Part shown: in pieces, positions 55,038 to 64,000 of the stretch | Position numbering within the stretch: position 1 is the first letter of the stretch | How the letters are laid out: each line of letters opens with the position of its first letter | Source of the DNA: an uncultured Phycisphaerales bacterium | GTDB lineage: Bacteria > Planctomycetota > Phycisphaerae > Tepidisphaerales > Tepidisphaeraceae | Assembly: GCA_963755915.1 (NCBI GenBank) | Contig: CAVWLP010000002.1 | Span: 3,040,001-3,104,000, forward strand | Direction: 5' to 3' | DNA: 64,000 nt | Notes under the pieces: model-generated | The model's input: only the letters and a program-made list of their open reading frames with translations | Databases searched by the model: none | Told to the model about the DNA's origin: nothing | Position numbers and translations under genes: made by a program

Positions 55038-55739
55038 TTGATGTGCGTCGCGCCAGCGGACGGGAAATGTCGAGGCATCGCGCCGCTGCCGGATCGCTGT
55101 GGCGGCGATGTGCCGGGCAGTTGGCCGATGCAGGGCGAGTTGCCAATTGCCGATCGAAAGCGGTTTTCCTTTACGGTCCCACTGAATCGAAAACGCATCG
55201 AGCGACTTCGAGAGCCCCATTCCGCGCCCCTTCAGATAGGCTTCTTTGAGCACCCAAAGCTCGAAGAACCGGCTTTTTCGCTCTTTCGCGGAGAGCGTTG
55301 AAAGATGCCGCTGCTCATCGGCGGAAAAGAAATGCCGCGAGATTTGTGCGATGTCGACTTCGCGCGAAGTTTGCTCAACGTCGATGCCGATTTCGCCGGC
55401 CCGGCTGACCGCGCAGACAATCAATCCATCCGTGTGGCTTAAATTGAACCGCAAGGGGCGAAATGCGACCGGCCGCGCGATGGTCGGTTTTCCGAATTTA
55501 CCAGCCGTGAATACCCATGTGGCCGGATCAACGTCAGTGCAGTGGGACAGCGCCAGCCGGCAGAGCGCTCGCGTGGCCAGATAATCATGCTGCATCGTCG
55601 CCGTGCGAAGTTTCTGCCGATGGGCGCGCTCGCTCGGCGTCAGCCACTCCAGAAACTTTTGTTGGAGCCTGTCGGCGAGCAGATCTTCAGGCCGGCAATA
55701 CCACACATCAGCGGCTGGTGTCGTCTTTGCCGTGCTCAC
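55005..55739 (-). CDS. Sfp-type 4'-phosphopantetheinyl transferase
   Basis: GKP, FNLSHT, IGIDVE, FFELWVLKEAYLKGRG. Confidence 0.93.
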   Translation of the reverse strand: MSTAKTTPAADVWYCRPEDLLADRLQQKFLEWLTPSERAHRQKLRTATMQHDYLATRALCRLALSHCTDVDPATWVFTAGKFGKPTIARPVAFRPLRFNLSHTDGLIVCAVSRAGEIGIDVEQTSREVDIAQISRHFFSADEQRHLSTLSAKERKSRFFELWVLKEAYLKGRGMGLSKSLDAFSIQWDRKGKPLSIGNWQLALHRPTARHIAATAIRQRRDASTFPVRWRDAHQLFETDISIER

Positions 55740-57004
55740 GACTTAAGCTTGTATCGCAGCGGCAGTGCCAACAGCCCGCGCAGGCCATGGTTTTCGCGCC
55801 ACAACAGGGGCCCGCCTTCGAGCTCAAGATCGGAGAAGCGGGCCAGGAGCGCCTCGAAACCGATCGATCCCTCCAGCCGCGCCAGCGGCGCGCCGAAGCA
55901 GTAGTGTGCTCCCCAACCAAAAGCGAGGTGTCGATTGTCGGTTCTGTCAAAATCCAGCAGATCGGGATTTGGAAATCGCGCCGGGTCGCGATTGGCGGCA
56001 GCAATGATCGCCATGATCGCTTGCCGTTTGGCGATTTTCTTGCCTCCCAGCACGACGTCTTCGGTCGCGAGCCTGGCCGTATGCTGGACGGGGCTTTCAA
56101 ATCGCAGCAATTCCTCGAGCGCCGCCGGCATAATGTCCGGCTCTGTCTTGAGCCGGTGAAACTGCTGTGGGCGGTGGATGAGCGTCAAGATTCCGCTGGT
56201 AATCAGATTTGTGGAGGTCTCGGACCCTCCGACGACGGTGATAATACAGTTGGCGACGATCTCGTCATCCGTCAACCGGTCGCCGTCAACTTCGGCCGTC
56301 ATAAACGCCTGCAGCAATCCCTCGCGCGGATGGCGCCGCTGCTCTTCCATGGCGGCCTGGAAATAGTCTTTGAATCCTTCGATGGCGCGAAGCACTTCGC
56401 TGAGCCGGTCGGGATGATGCTGGAAATTCCCGAGAATCTCGGCGAAGGTTTCCGACCAGACTTTCAGCTTCACGTGGTCTTCGCTGGGAAGGCCGATCAT
56501 TTCGGTAGTAACAATCGCCGGCAGCAGCTCGGCGAATTCGGAAAGCAATTCGATCCTGCCGGTTCCGCGGGCAATGACGTCATCCAGCAGCCGCGTGGCG
56601 ATCCTCTGCACGTGATCATGCAGCATTCGCACCCGCGCCGGGCTGAAAAACAGCCCCGCAAGCTTACGCAGCCGGGTGTGTCCGGGGGGATCCATAAAGA
56701 GCATCTGCTTGACCATCACCTTGGCGACGGGGGCGACTTCAGGCGCGCCGAGGATTTCGAAGAATCGCGGTGATGGCGTACGTGCCGCCGAGAATCGCTG
56801 CAAAACCGTCACGACATCGTCATAGCCGGTGACAATCCATGCATGGATATAGGGATCCCAATAAACCGGGTCGTGCTCGCGGAGGCGATGATAAAGCGGG
56901 TAGGGATCGGCAAGCACCTCCTGGTCCAGGAGGTGGTAGAGACTTAGCGGGGCCTCGGCCGGCTTAGACTGCGACCCTGAGGCCGATGAGGTAGATTGCT
57001 CCAT
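55736..57004 (-). CDS. Cytochrome P450
   Basis: DPPGHTRLR, GGSETS, EELLR, HLAFGWGAHYCFG. Confidence 0.96.
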   Translation of the reverse strand: MEQSTSSASGSQSKPAEAPLSLYHLLDQEVLADPYPLYHRLREHDPVYWDPYIHAWIVTGYDDVVTVLQRFSAARTPSPRFFEILGAPEVAPVAKVMVKQMLFMDPPGHTRLRKLAGLFFSPARVRMLHDHVQRIATRLLDDVIARGTGRIELLSEFAELLPAIVTTEMIGLPSEDHVKLKVWSETFAEILGNFQHHPDRLSEVLRAIEGFKDYFQAAMEEQRRHPREGLLQAFMTAEVDGDRLTDDEIVANCIITVVGGSETSTNLITSGILTLIHRPQQFHRLKTEPDIMPAALEELLRFESPVQHTARLATEDVVLGGKKIAKRQAIMAIIAAANRDPARFPNPDLLDFDRTDNRHLAFGWGAHYCFGAPLARLEGSIGFEALLARFSDLELEGGPLLWRENHGLRGLLALPLRYKLKS

Positions 57005-57011
57005 AAACTAC

Positions 57012-58871
57012 CTATTCTTTCAGTGGGCTTTGCCAGCAGCCGCGGCCCGCATTTTTTCCACTTCCGCGCTCAGGGCGACGATGGTGGTGCGCGCCGAACA
57101 GTTGCCGCAGGTGCAGTTTAACGCCAAACGTGTCCCGAATGCGAGCCACAAGCTGAACGCCGAGCATCGAGTGCCCGCCGGCCATGAAGAAATTGTCTTC
57201 CCGCCCGCAGGAGACGTTGCCGAGCAGAGATGTCACCAGGGCGGCAAGCCGATCTTCGATGGCCGACCCGGACGAGGGCTCGGCAGCGGGCGCATTTCCC
57301 CCCGGCAAAAGGTTCTGGAGGTTCGGCGCCGGAAGCGCCGCTTTGTCGAGCTTTCCGTTGGCGGTCATCGGCAAGGCAGGCATCGCGACGAATTTCGAGG
57401 GGATCATGTAATCGGGTAGACGGGCCGCGAGAAATTCGCGCAGATCGACGCTGGTAGCCTTCGCCCTGGGGGCGAGCACAACGTAAGCGACCAGTTCCGG
57501 CCCCGTGCCGGCGTCGTCGCGGGCGATGACCGCGCTGGCTTCGAGCTCGAGGAAGCGGTCGAGCGAAGAAATGATCTCCCCCAGCTCGATGCGATAGCCG
57601 CGGATTTTCACCTGGTCGTCGAGGCGGCCCAGGAAGGCGATCTCGCCAGTGTCGGTCAGGCGAACGCGATCGCCGGTGCGGTAGATCCGCACGGCAGGTC
57701 CCGACGGTGGGGTGTACATGACGAACCGGCTGGCCGTCATCGTCGGGTTGTTCCGATACCCGCGCCCACGAGCGCGCCCGCGAGGCACAGCTCACCAGGC
57801 CGGCCATTGGGAACCGGCAAAAGATTTTCGTCGAGGATAAAAGCCGTGGTGTTGGCGATCGGCCTGCCGATGGATGGGGCGCCTTCGACGACGGATTCAG
57901 CTTTCACCGCCCCGGAGGTGGCGACCACCGTGCATTCGGTCGGCCCGTAGTTATTCACCAGCGTAAACGGCAACCCCGCGCGGGCGGCGGTGCAGTGTAT
58001 CAGCACCCGCGAGCAAAATTCGCAGCGAGGTTTCCGCCGGCCATTCCGAATGGAGCAACTGCTCTGCGAGCACGGTGGGGGCGAAACTGACGGTAATCTT
58101 TTCCGCCACCAGCCAGTCGCGCAGCGCCTGCGGCGAGCGGCGCGTGGCTTCATCCGCCATGTGCACGCTGGCGCCGGCGGTCAGATGCGGCCAGATTTCC
58201 CATCCGGCGGCATCAAATCCCAGTCCCGCCACCTGGCTGGCACGATCGGCTGCCGTCACCTCGAACGCCGCCTGGTGCCAGTCGATCAGGTTCAGCAGAT
58301 TTGCATGGGTAATCTCAACGCCCTTGGGGCGCCCCGTCGAACCGGAGGTGTAGATAACGTATGCGAGGTCGTCGGGTGACGGCTCAACAAATTCGAAGTG
58401 CTGCTCATTTCCGTTGGTCGCGCCGGCGTCCTTCGTTACAACGACAGGGCAGCGACAAACCGAAATCGCCGTCGCCCGGCCGGCGTCTGTCAACAGCAAA
58501 GCCGCCTTCGCATCGTCAAGAATGAAATGCAAGCGCTCGGCAGGAATGGCCGAGTCCAGCGGCAAATACGCGGCCCCGGTTTTCAAAACAGCCAGTGCCG
58601 CCACGACAAACGCCGGCGAACGCTCCAGAAAAATCCCCACGCAGGACCCCGAAACTACGCCTGCATGCCGCAATTGAGCCGCAACATGGTTTGTGTGCCG
58701 ATCCAGTTCAGCAAACGTCAATCGCGCGGATCCGCTGGCGATCGCGAGTCTATGCGGCGTGCTGCGGGCGTAATGGGCAATCCGCGAAACAATCCCGGAA
58801 AACTGGGCGCCTTGTTCGTCCAATTCGGCTCGCGACGACCGAACATATGGCGCGGCAACTGCATTCTGCAT
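57012..58871 (-). CDS. Stand-alone NRPS adenylation-PCP didomain, predicted Leu; frameshifted
   Basis: AYVIYTSGSTGRPKG, FDAAGWE, NNYGPTE, GELC, YRTGD, QVKIRGYRIELGE, LPDYMIP, NGKLDK, PCP FFMAGGHS. Confidence 0.92.
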
Positions 58872-59374
58872 ATTCTCTCCTTGAAGCTGGCACCGGCTCG
58901 CTGGTGTTCGCGGTGACTTACGCGGATTTACACCTTAAGCCCGATAAACTCAGAGAATTCACCCAACTGGTTGATGTGCCGAAGCTCCAGGGGACTATAC
59001 CATTTTTCCCGCCCTTTGGGAGCTATTTGAGGGGGTTTGGTGGCCAATAACCACAAAGAATTGCAAGTGCAGGCCGAGCAGTTCATTATAAAATTGCTGG
59101 GAGAATAAACGGAGAGGGGAAAATTCGAAGAAAAGAATCTGCCGGCGCAGGTTGTGCGAATTTGTTTTTCGTAAATTCAACTTAGGGTTGAAACTGAATT
59201 TGCTTGAGGATCTGGATGTTCTGTGGTTCCCCATTTTTCCCCATTTTTCCCCACTTTTTAAGAGTTGTTGGCGTAGACCTCGGCGCGGACTTCGTCGCGC
59301 GACCCCCGGAAATAGATCTCACGCAGAGGCGCAGAGAATTTGAAGGTCACTTCCTCTGCGCCTTTGCGCCTCTG

Positions 59375-61347
59375 GTGCGTCAGTGAAACCGGTTTTGTCT
59401 TGTGAACTGAAAGGAGTTCACCATGGAATGACCCGTTAGCCGTGTAGCCGCCCGGGCGTGACGACGGAGCAATCGGTCGCGCGAAGCCCCGGAAGGCGAA
59501 GGCGCGAGCCATAGCGTTAAGCGAACCCAAACCAGCCTCGTTACGCCAATGGGAGTGGCCAACCCGTCAGAGAGGGCCAAGCCGGCGCGGACGATGAAGC
59601 AGCGGGTGCGAGCAATCGTCCGGCTCCTCGGGGTCGATGGGGACGGCGCGTGCCGACAGACAAGATCGGGAACTGAGAGACCCCACGCATCGTTGTGCGG
59701 CTCGTTGGAAAGACATAACCAAGGGACGGGAAGCGTGGGGAGTCGGATGGGCTCATAGTAGCTGAGAAGCGGGGTAATGCCCGTGAGCGGAGGCGAAGCC
59801 TGCCGCGAGCCAAGGAGCCCTGACGGTATCGAGCGGAAGTAAGAAGAAGAGAGGCCCGCTTGCAGGGACAACCTGACAGTACGGATGATCCGACAGACTT
59901 GCCGGAGCACCTGAGGGTGAACTCCAGGGGTCTGCCGGGGAAAGTCTTTCTTCTGAGACAGAAGCTATACCTCAAAGCCAAGCGGGAACCGGGGTTTCGG
60001 TTTTACACCTTGTACGACCGGATCTGCCGGCGCGATGTTCTGGAAGCGGCGTGGGACCGGGTGTCCGCCAACGGCGGGGCGCCCGGCTTGGACGGGGTGA
60101 GCATCGAGAAGGTGCAAAACTCCGAGCACGGCGTCAGTGGATTCCTGAGCGAGATCGAAGAATCGCTCAAGACCCGCACCTACCGCCCGCAGCCGGTGAA
60201 GCGCGTGTACATTCCCAAAGCCAACGGCAAGCGGCGTCCATTGGGCATCCCCACGATCCGAGATCGCGTGGTGCAGATGGCGGTGCTGCTGCTCATCGAG
60301 CCGATCTTCGAGGCGGATTTCCTGGACTGTTCGTATGGATTCCGTCCCGGTCGCTCGGCTCACGATGCGCTGGAGGCGATCAAGCAAAACCTCCAGCAGG
60401 GCCGAAGGGAAGTGTATGACGCGGATTTGCAGTCGTACTTCGACACGATTCCCCATGAGAAACTGATGGCGTGTGTCCAGAAGCGGATCACGGACGGAAG
60501 CGTGCTGAAGCTGATCCGGATGTGGCTGAAGGCGGTGATCGTCGAAGAAGGCGAGAAGCCCGGCGATCCACCGAAAGTCACCCGGAGCAAACAGGGAACG
60601 CCGCAGGGCGGAGTGATCTCGCCGCTGCTGGCCAACCTATATCTGCACTGGTTTGATAAATTGTTCCACCGATCCGATGGCCCGCATCGCTGGGCGAACG
60701 CCCGGCTGATCCGGTACGCCGACGACTTTGTCATCATGGCAAGGTATATAGGCCCTCAGATCAAGCAGTTCGTGGAACGCACGCTGCAAGGCCGGTTTGA
60801 TCTGACGATCAACACCGACAAGACCCGCACGGTGAAGTTGAAAGAGCCGGGCGAAAGTCTGAACTTTCTCGGGTACAGGTTCCGGTACGACCGGAGCCTG
60901 CAAGGCGGGCCGGGGCGTTATCTGAACCTCTGTCCTTCGAGCAAGTCGATGCAGCGTGAGCGGGACAAATTGCGGGAGATGACCGGACCCGAAGCAGGCT
61001 TTGTGCCCATCCCGGCGTTGATCGTACAGATCAACGAGCACCTGAGAGGATGGGCCAACTACTTCGGCAAAGGCTATCCGCGCAAGGCGTTCCGTCAGAT
61101 CAACCGATTTGTGCAGGAGCGACTGGAACGACACCTTAAACGTCGCAGCCAGCGTCCGTTCCGTGTGCGCGGAGCGAGGAGCTGGTACGAACAGTTGCAG
61201 CGTCTGGGCCTCATCAGCCTGCGACCTGTTCCGACCGTGAATGCTTGAGAAGAACAATACCGTGAGAGCCGGATGCGGGAAACCCGCTCGTCCGGTTCGA
61301 AGAGGGAGAGCTGAGCGGCAATCGGGTCGTTCAGTTCTCTACTCTAC
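59375..61347 (+). mobile_element. Group II intron (IIB-like, AGC triad) with RT/maturase
   Basis: 5' GTGCG; domain V GAGCCGGATGCGGGAAACCCGCTCGTCCGGTTC; domain VI ending CTACTCTAC; removal restores a palindrome. Confidence 0.92.
59860..61248 (+). CDS. ltrA: Group II intron reverse transcriptase/maturase without endonuclease domain
   Basis: [58 protein letters not shown]; ends after domain X. Confidence 0.95.
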   Translation: MQGQPDSTDDPTDLPEHLRVNSRGLPGKVFLLRQKLYLKAKREPGFRFYTLYDRICRRDVLEAAWDRVSANGGAPGLDGVSIEKVQNSEHGVSGFLSEIEESLKTRTYRPQPVKRVYIPKANGKRRPLGIPTIRDRVVQMAVLLLIEPIFEADFLDCSYGFRPGRSAHDALEAIKQNLQQGRREVYDADLQSYFDTIPHEKLMACVQKRITDGSVLKLIRMWLKAVIVEEGEKPGDPPKVTRSKQGTPQGGVISPLLANLYLHWFDKLFHRSDGPHRWANARLIRYADDFVIMARYIGPQIKQFVERTLQGRFDLTINTDKTRTVKLKEPGESLNFLGYRFRYDRSLQGGPGRYLNLCPSSKSMQRERDKLREMTGPEAGFVPIPALIVQINEHLRGWANYFGKGYPRKAFRQINRFVQERLERHLKRRSQRPFRVRGARSWYEQLQRLGLISLRPVPTVNA

Positions 61348-61409
61348 CGTGAGGTTTTTCTCTCAAGGATGGTTTTGGCAAACTCTCTAAATCAAGCCTT
61401 TGCAGATCG

Positions 61410-61450
61410 GCCCCCTCCCCAACCCTCCCCCGGATTACCGGGGGCGGGGG
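61410..61450. repeat. REP-like palindromic element
   Basis: CCCCCTCCCCAACCCTCCCCCGGATTACCGGGGGCGGGGG hairpin. Confidence 0.5.
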
Positions 61451-61706
61451 TTAAGGCGCGCGCGAGGGAGAAGGCGAGCCATTGGAGTTCGGTGAGGTTG
61501 AAGGAGCGGGTAGTTCCCACTTTTTCCCAAAATTTCTCACTTTTGGGGTGGTTACCTGGTGTTACCCGCGATTGGTTGGCGCTTGGGGCCGGGTATTGGG
61601 GTGCGGGGTCATTGGAAGTTCTCAATCGGCGAGCAAGCTCGCCGGCTACACGGGATAAGCGCGGGGTAAATTTTAGCGCGTGGGGCGCGGGAAAAAATAG
61701 TACGCG

Positions 61707-61749
61707 TCTATATACAGGTCCAAGAGGTGTACGTTTTGTACCTATTTTG
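61707..61749 (+). repeat. 43-bp dispersed intergenic repeat, copy 2
   Basis: 1 mismatch to 22422-22464. Confidence 0.9.
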
Positions 61750-61808
61750 GGAAATCCGGAGATTTTTGGGGTGAGATTGTTGAAGTTCGAAAGAATCTGC
61801 AAGGGCGG

Positions 61809-63620
61809 CTAAGAATCGTTGGCCAGAAGCAGGCGATTGATCGCGTCGGCCAACTGTCCAAAGACGAACGGGCAGGTGATCTTTACATGATCGCGCTCGC
61901 CCAGCAGCGCCCGGTCTGGTGGCGAAGCCGTGGGGTGCGTCAGAACGATCACGGGCAGGGGCCTGATGCAAAGCTCGGTTTCCCGCTGGCGAATCGCCTG
62001 GAAGAGTGGCTGCGCGTCGGTCCTTTCGGCGAGGTAGACGACCGCCAGATTTTCGGGCCGGTTCTCCTCCGTCTGCCGCAGGCGATCGAGGAGGATTCGG
62101 TGGGCGTCGATGACCGGGTCGGCGCTGACGTAAAAGGGACGGAATGGCCGCTGCAATTTTGCCAGCAGACGCTGGCGGTAATCCTGTCTGGGCGCGGTGT
62201 TATCGCCGGTGAGCATGACGTGTTTCATGTCGGCCGTCTGGGAAGGAATCTGGTGCTCAATGAGGGAAATCGCGTCGGGTTGCAGGGCGAGGTATTTTGC
62301 GAGCTCCTCGGTTGGGTAGATGCAGGAGTTGCCGCTGCTTCCCAGGAGCAGCGCGTGGGCAAGGCGATCGGCGAGGACGACCGTGGCGACGTCGGTGGCT
62401 TTCTGGGCCGGCAAGGCAACTATTTTCGGGGTCCGGAGGTGGTGCATGGAGATGGCGTCGATGAGCCGGCGCGGAAAACTCCATGCCCCGAGCAGACGGC
62501 TGACGATTTCGGCATGATTGACGAGCAGCATGCGCGATTCGACCTGCTCTAACGGAAGCTGGGAGCGTTCGGCGGTGTCGAGGACGCGCTTGTAGATGTC
62601 GTCGAGCTGCTCGACGAAGACCATCCGCGCCACATCGTGAAGCAGGCCCATCGTGAAGGCAAAATCCGTTGCCCGCTTGTCTGCCTCGCGGAAACGGGCG
62701 ATCGAAGCGGCGATCAGGCCCGTCGCGATGGAATGCTCCCAGAACAGCTCGCTGTTGAAATGCTGGCCCAGACCGCCACCGCGGAAATTCTCGATCACCG
62801 CCATGCTCAGGACGAGCTGGCGGATCTGGGAAATCCCAATCCGCAGGACCGCCTGATGGACCGTGTCGATGGTCCCGCTGTATCCATAAACGACGGAATT
62901 GGCGATCTTGAGAATCTTGACGGCGATGCCCGGATCGTTCTTGATGATGCCGGCGACCTGATCGATGGAACAATCCGGATCGGCGGTGGCGGCCGTCAGT
63001 TGCGAAACGGCGGGGGAAAGTGCTTTTAACTCGACACAGCGATCGATGAGTTCCAGGATCTGAGAGCGGGAGACGATGGGCAGGATCGATCGAAGCAATT
63101 CATGCTGAAGATCGTTATCAGGTGCCGGCGGTGGGGCGGGGTTTGCCGGCGCGGGTGGGGCGGGGCGCGGCTGCAAAATCGTCGCAGGTCGTTGCGCCGG
63201 GGGTTCCGCACTTGGAAATGCCGGCTGCGAATCCCGCTTTTGAAGGACTTGCTCGATCCGCGTTGTCAGGTCTTTGCGCGAAAATTGGTGCTTCAGCACG
63301 TAGCCCTGAACTCCCAGATGTGCCGCTTCCAGCACAATTTCCCGGCTCGCCAGGCCGGTCAACAGGATCACCGGGAGTTTTTCATAGCTGGGGATTGCGC
63401 GAATCGACTTGAGCAATTCGATCCCGCTCTCCGCGCCGAGCTTCAGGTCCAGGAGGAGCAAGTCGACATGCCGCGTTTGCAGGCAGGCGAGGGTCTCGCT
63501 GGAACTGCCGGCGGCGACCACGTCGAATTCGTTGGCTTCCAGCGCGAGCACGAGAAGCTCGCGCACGGGAACCTCGTCTTCTACGACCATGATCGTCGCC
63601 GTCGTTGTTGCCGTGCTCAT
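61809..63620 (-). CDS. Response regulator with HDOD domain, paralog of 51935..53671
   Basis: IMVVEDE, LLLLDLKL; DPGIAVKILKIANS, FWEHS, GLLHDVAR, HH. Confidence 0.9.
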   Translation of the reverse strand: MSTATTTATIMVVEDEVPVRELLVLALEANEFDVVAAGSSSETLACLQTRHVDLLLLDLKLGAESGIELLKSIRAIPSYEKLPVILLTGLASREIVLEAAHLGVQGYVLKHQFSRKDLTTRIEQVLQKRDSQPAFPSAEPPAQRPATILQPRPAPPAPANPAPPPAPDNDLQHELLRSILPIVSRSQILELIDRCVELKALSPAVSQLTAATADPDCSIDQVAGIIKNDPGIAVKILKIANSVVYGYSGTIDTVHQAVLRIGISQIRQLVLSMAVIENFRGGGLGQHFNSELFWEHSIATGLIAASIARFREADKRATDFAFTMGLLHDVARMVFVEQLDDIYKRVLDTAERSQLPLEQVESRMLLVNHAEIVSRLLGAWSFPRRLIDAISMHHLRTPKIVALPAQKATDVATVVLADRLAHALLLGSSGNSCIYPTEELAKYLALQPDAISLIEHQIPSQTADMKHVMLTGDNTAPRQDYRQRLLAKLQRPFRPFYVSADPVIDAHRILLDRLRQTEENRPENLAVVYLAERTDAQPLFQAIRQRETELCIRPLPVIVLTHPTASPPDRALLGERDHVKITCPFVFGQLADAINRLLLANDS

Positions 63621-63667
63621 CGCTTTATCCTCGTCGGTGGTGCGAATATCTCCCGTCCGGAAGACAC

Positions 63668-64000
63668 CTATGCGCACCTGGCAACTGCCTCCGGCTGAAT
63701 CCCGCGACCGAGGCATTCTCTCACTGTTTCAACAAAATGTTGCGGTTCCAGCGGTTTGCGAAGCATCTTCACGTTCTGATACCCGCAAATCAGAGATTCG
63801 TATTCGCGCGAGTGGCCGGTGATGACCAGAATGGGAACACCGCTTTGGCTTCGTATCATCGCGAGCACGCTGAGCCCGTCGATTCCGGGCATGGTGATGT
63901 CCGTAATGACGAGGTCGAAATTGCGCACGGCGAATTGAAGCATCGCCTCGCTGGCGTTGCCGCAGGGGTTGCAGCGATATCCGAACTTCGAGAGCTGCGT
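63668..64000 (-). CDS. Single-domain response regulator, 5' end outside the window
   Basis: FDLVITDITMPGIDG, LVITG, LRKP. Confidence 0.85.
   Translation of the reverse strand, partial: TQLSKFGYRCNPCGNASEAMLQFAVRNFDLVITDITMPGIDGLSVLAMIRSQSGVPILVITGHSREYESLICGYQNVKMLRKPLEPQHFVETVRECLGRGIQPEAVARCA

Noticed and set aside
59229-59258. Short CCCCATTTTT x3 tandem as a functional array
   Set aside because: Low-complexity and too short to support a function
59860-61248. Retron, DGR or CRISPR-associated reverse transcriptase
   Set aside because: Canonical group II intron 5' GTGCG, domains V/VI and maturase X domain; no TR/VR pair, msr-msd or cas1
59375-61347. Class IIC intron inserted after a terminator
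   Set aside because: Domain V is full length with an AGC triad rather than the short CGC type, and the upstream hairpin has no U-tract before the insertion point

Overview
GC-rich bacterial DNA, very probably from Planctomycetota (Phycisphaerae/Tepidisphaerales-like), judged from the PEP-CTERM/dockerin-like proteins, a DUF1559-type prepilin protein and an SBP-permease fusion. Many genes carry single-base frameshifts, often at homopolymers, which looks like uncorrected long-read error rather than true decay. Layout: (1) 1-18.7 kb, a probable genomic island ending at a tRNA-Val 3' fragment. It holds a GH63-like glucosidase, outer-membrane/lipoprotein genes, a DUF3300::DUF2950 deletion chimera, a patatin, and a MASE1-PAS kinase/LuxR pair whose regulator is split by a complete IS21. 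(2) 18.9-31.8 kb, a carbohydrate-utilisation locus (ABC transporter, PEP-CTERM proteins, DUF1559 pilin-like protein, GH87, GH71/99-like, GntR/LacI regulator) whose four promoters share a TAACA-N4-TGTTA motif. (3) An IS4 element, an orphan gene between 56-bp direct repeats, a GT41 TPR protein, a PEP-CTERM protein, GH78 and a WbsX/GH99-like gene. (4) Beyond a tRNA-Ala/tmRNA-like 3' fragment at 42.6 kb: RND efflux-TetR-GH3, Crp, two REC-HDOD paralogs, a compact cluster of Leu-type adenylation-PCP + P450 + PPTase + GNAT-like genes without condensation or thioesterase domains, and a group II intron inserted inside a palindromic repeat. The best candidates for undescribed systems are the A-PCP/P450/GNAT module, the planctomycete glycan regulon and the repeat-targeting intron.
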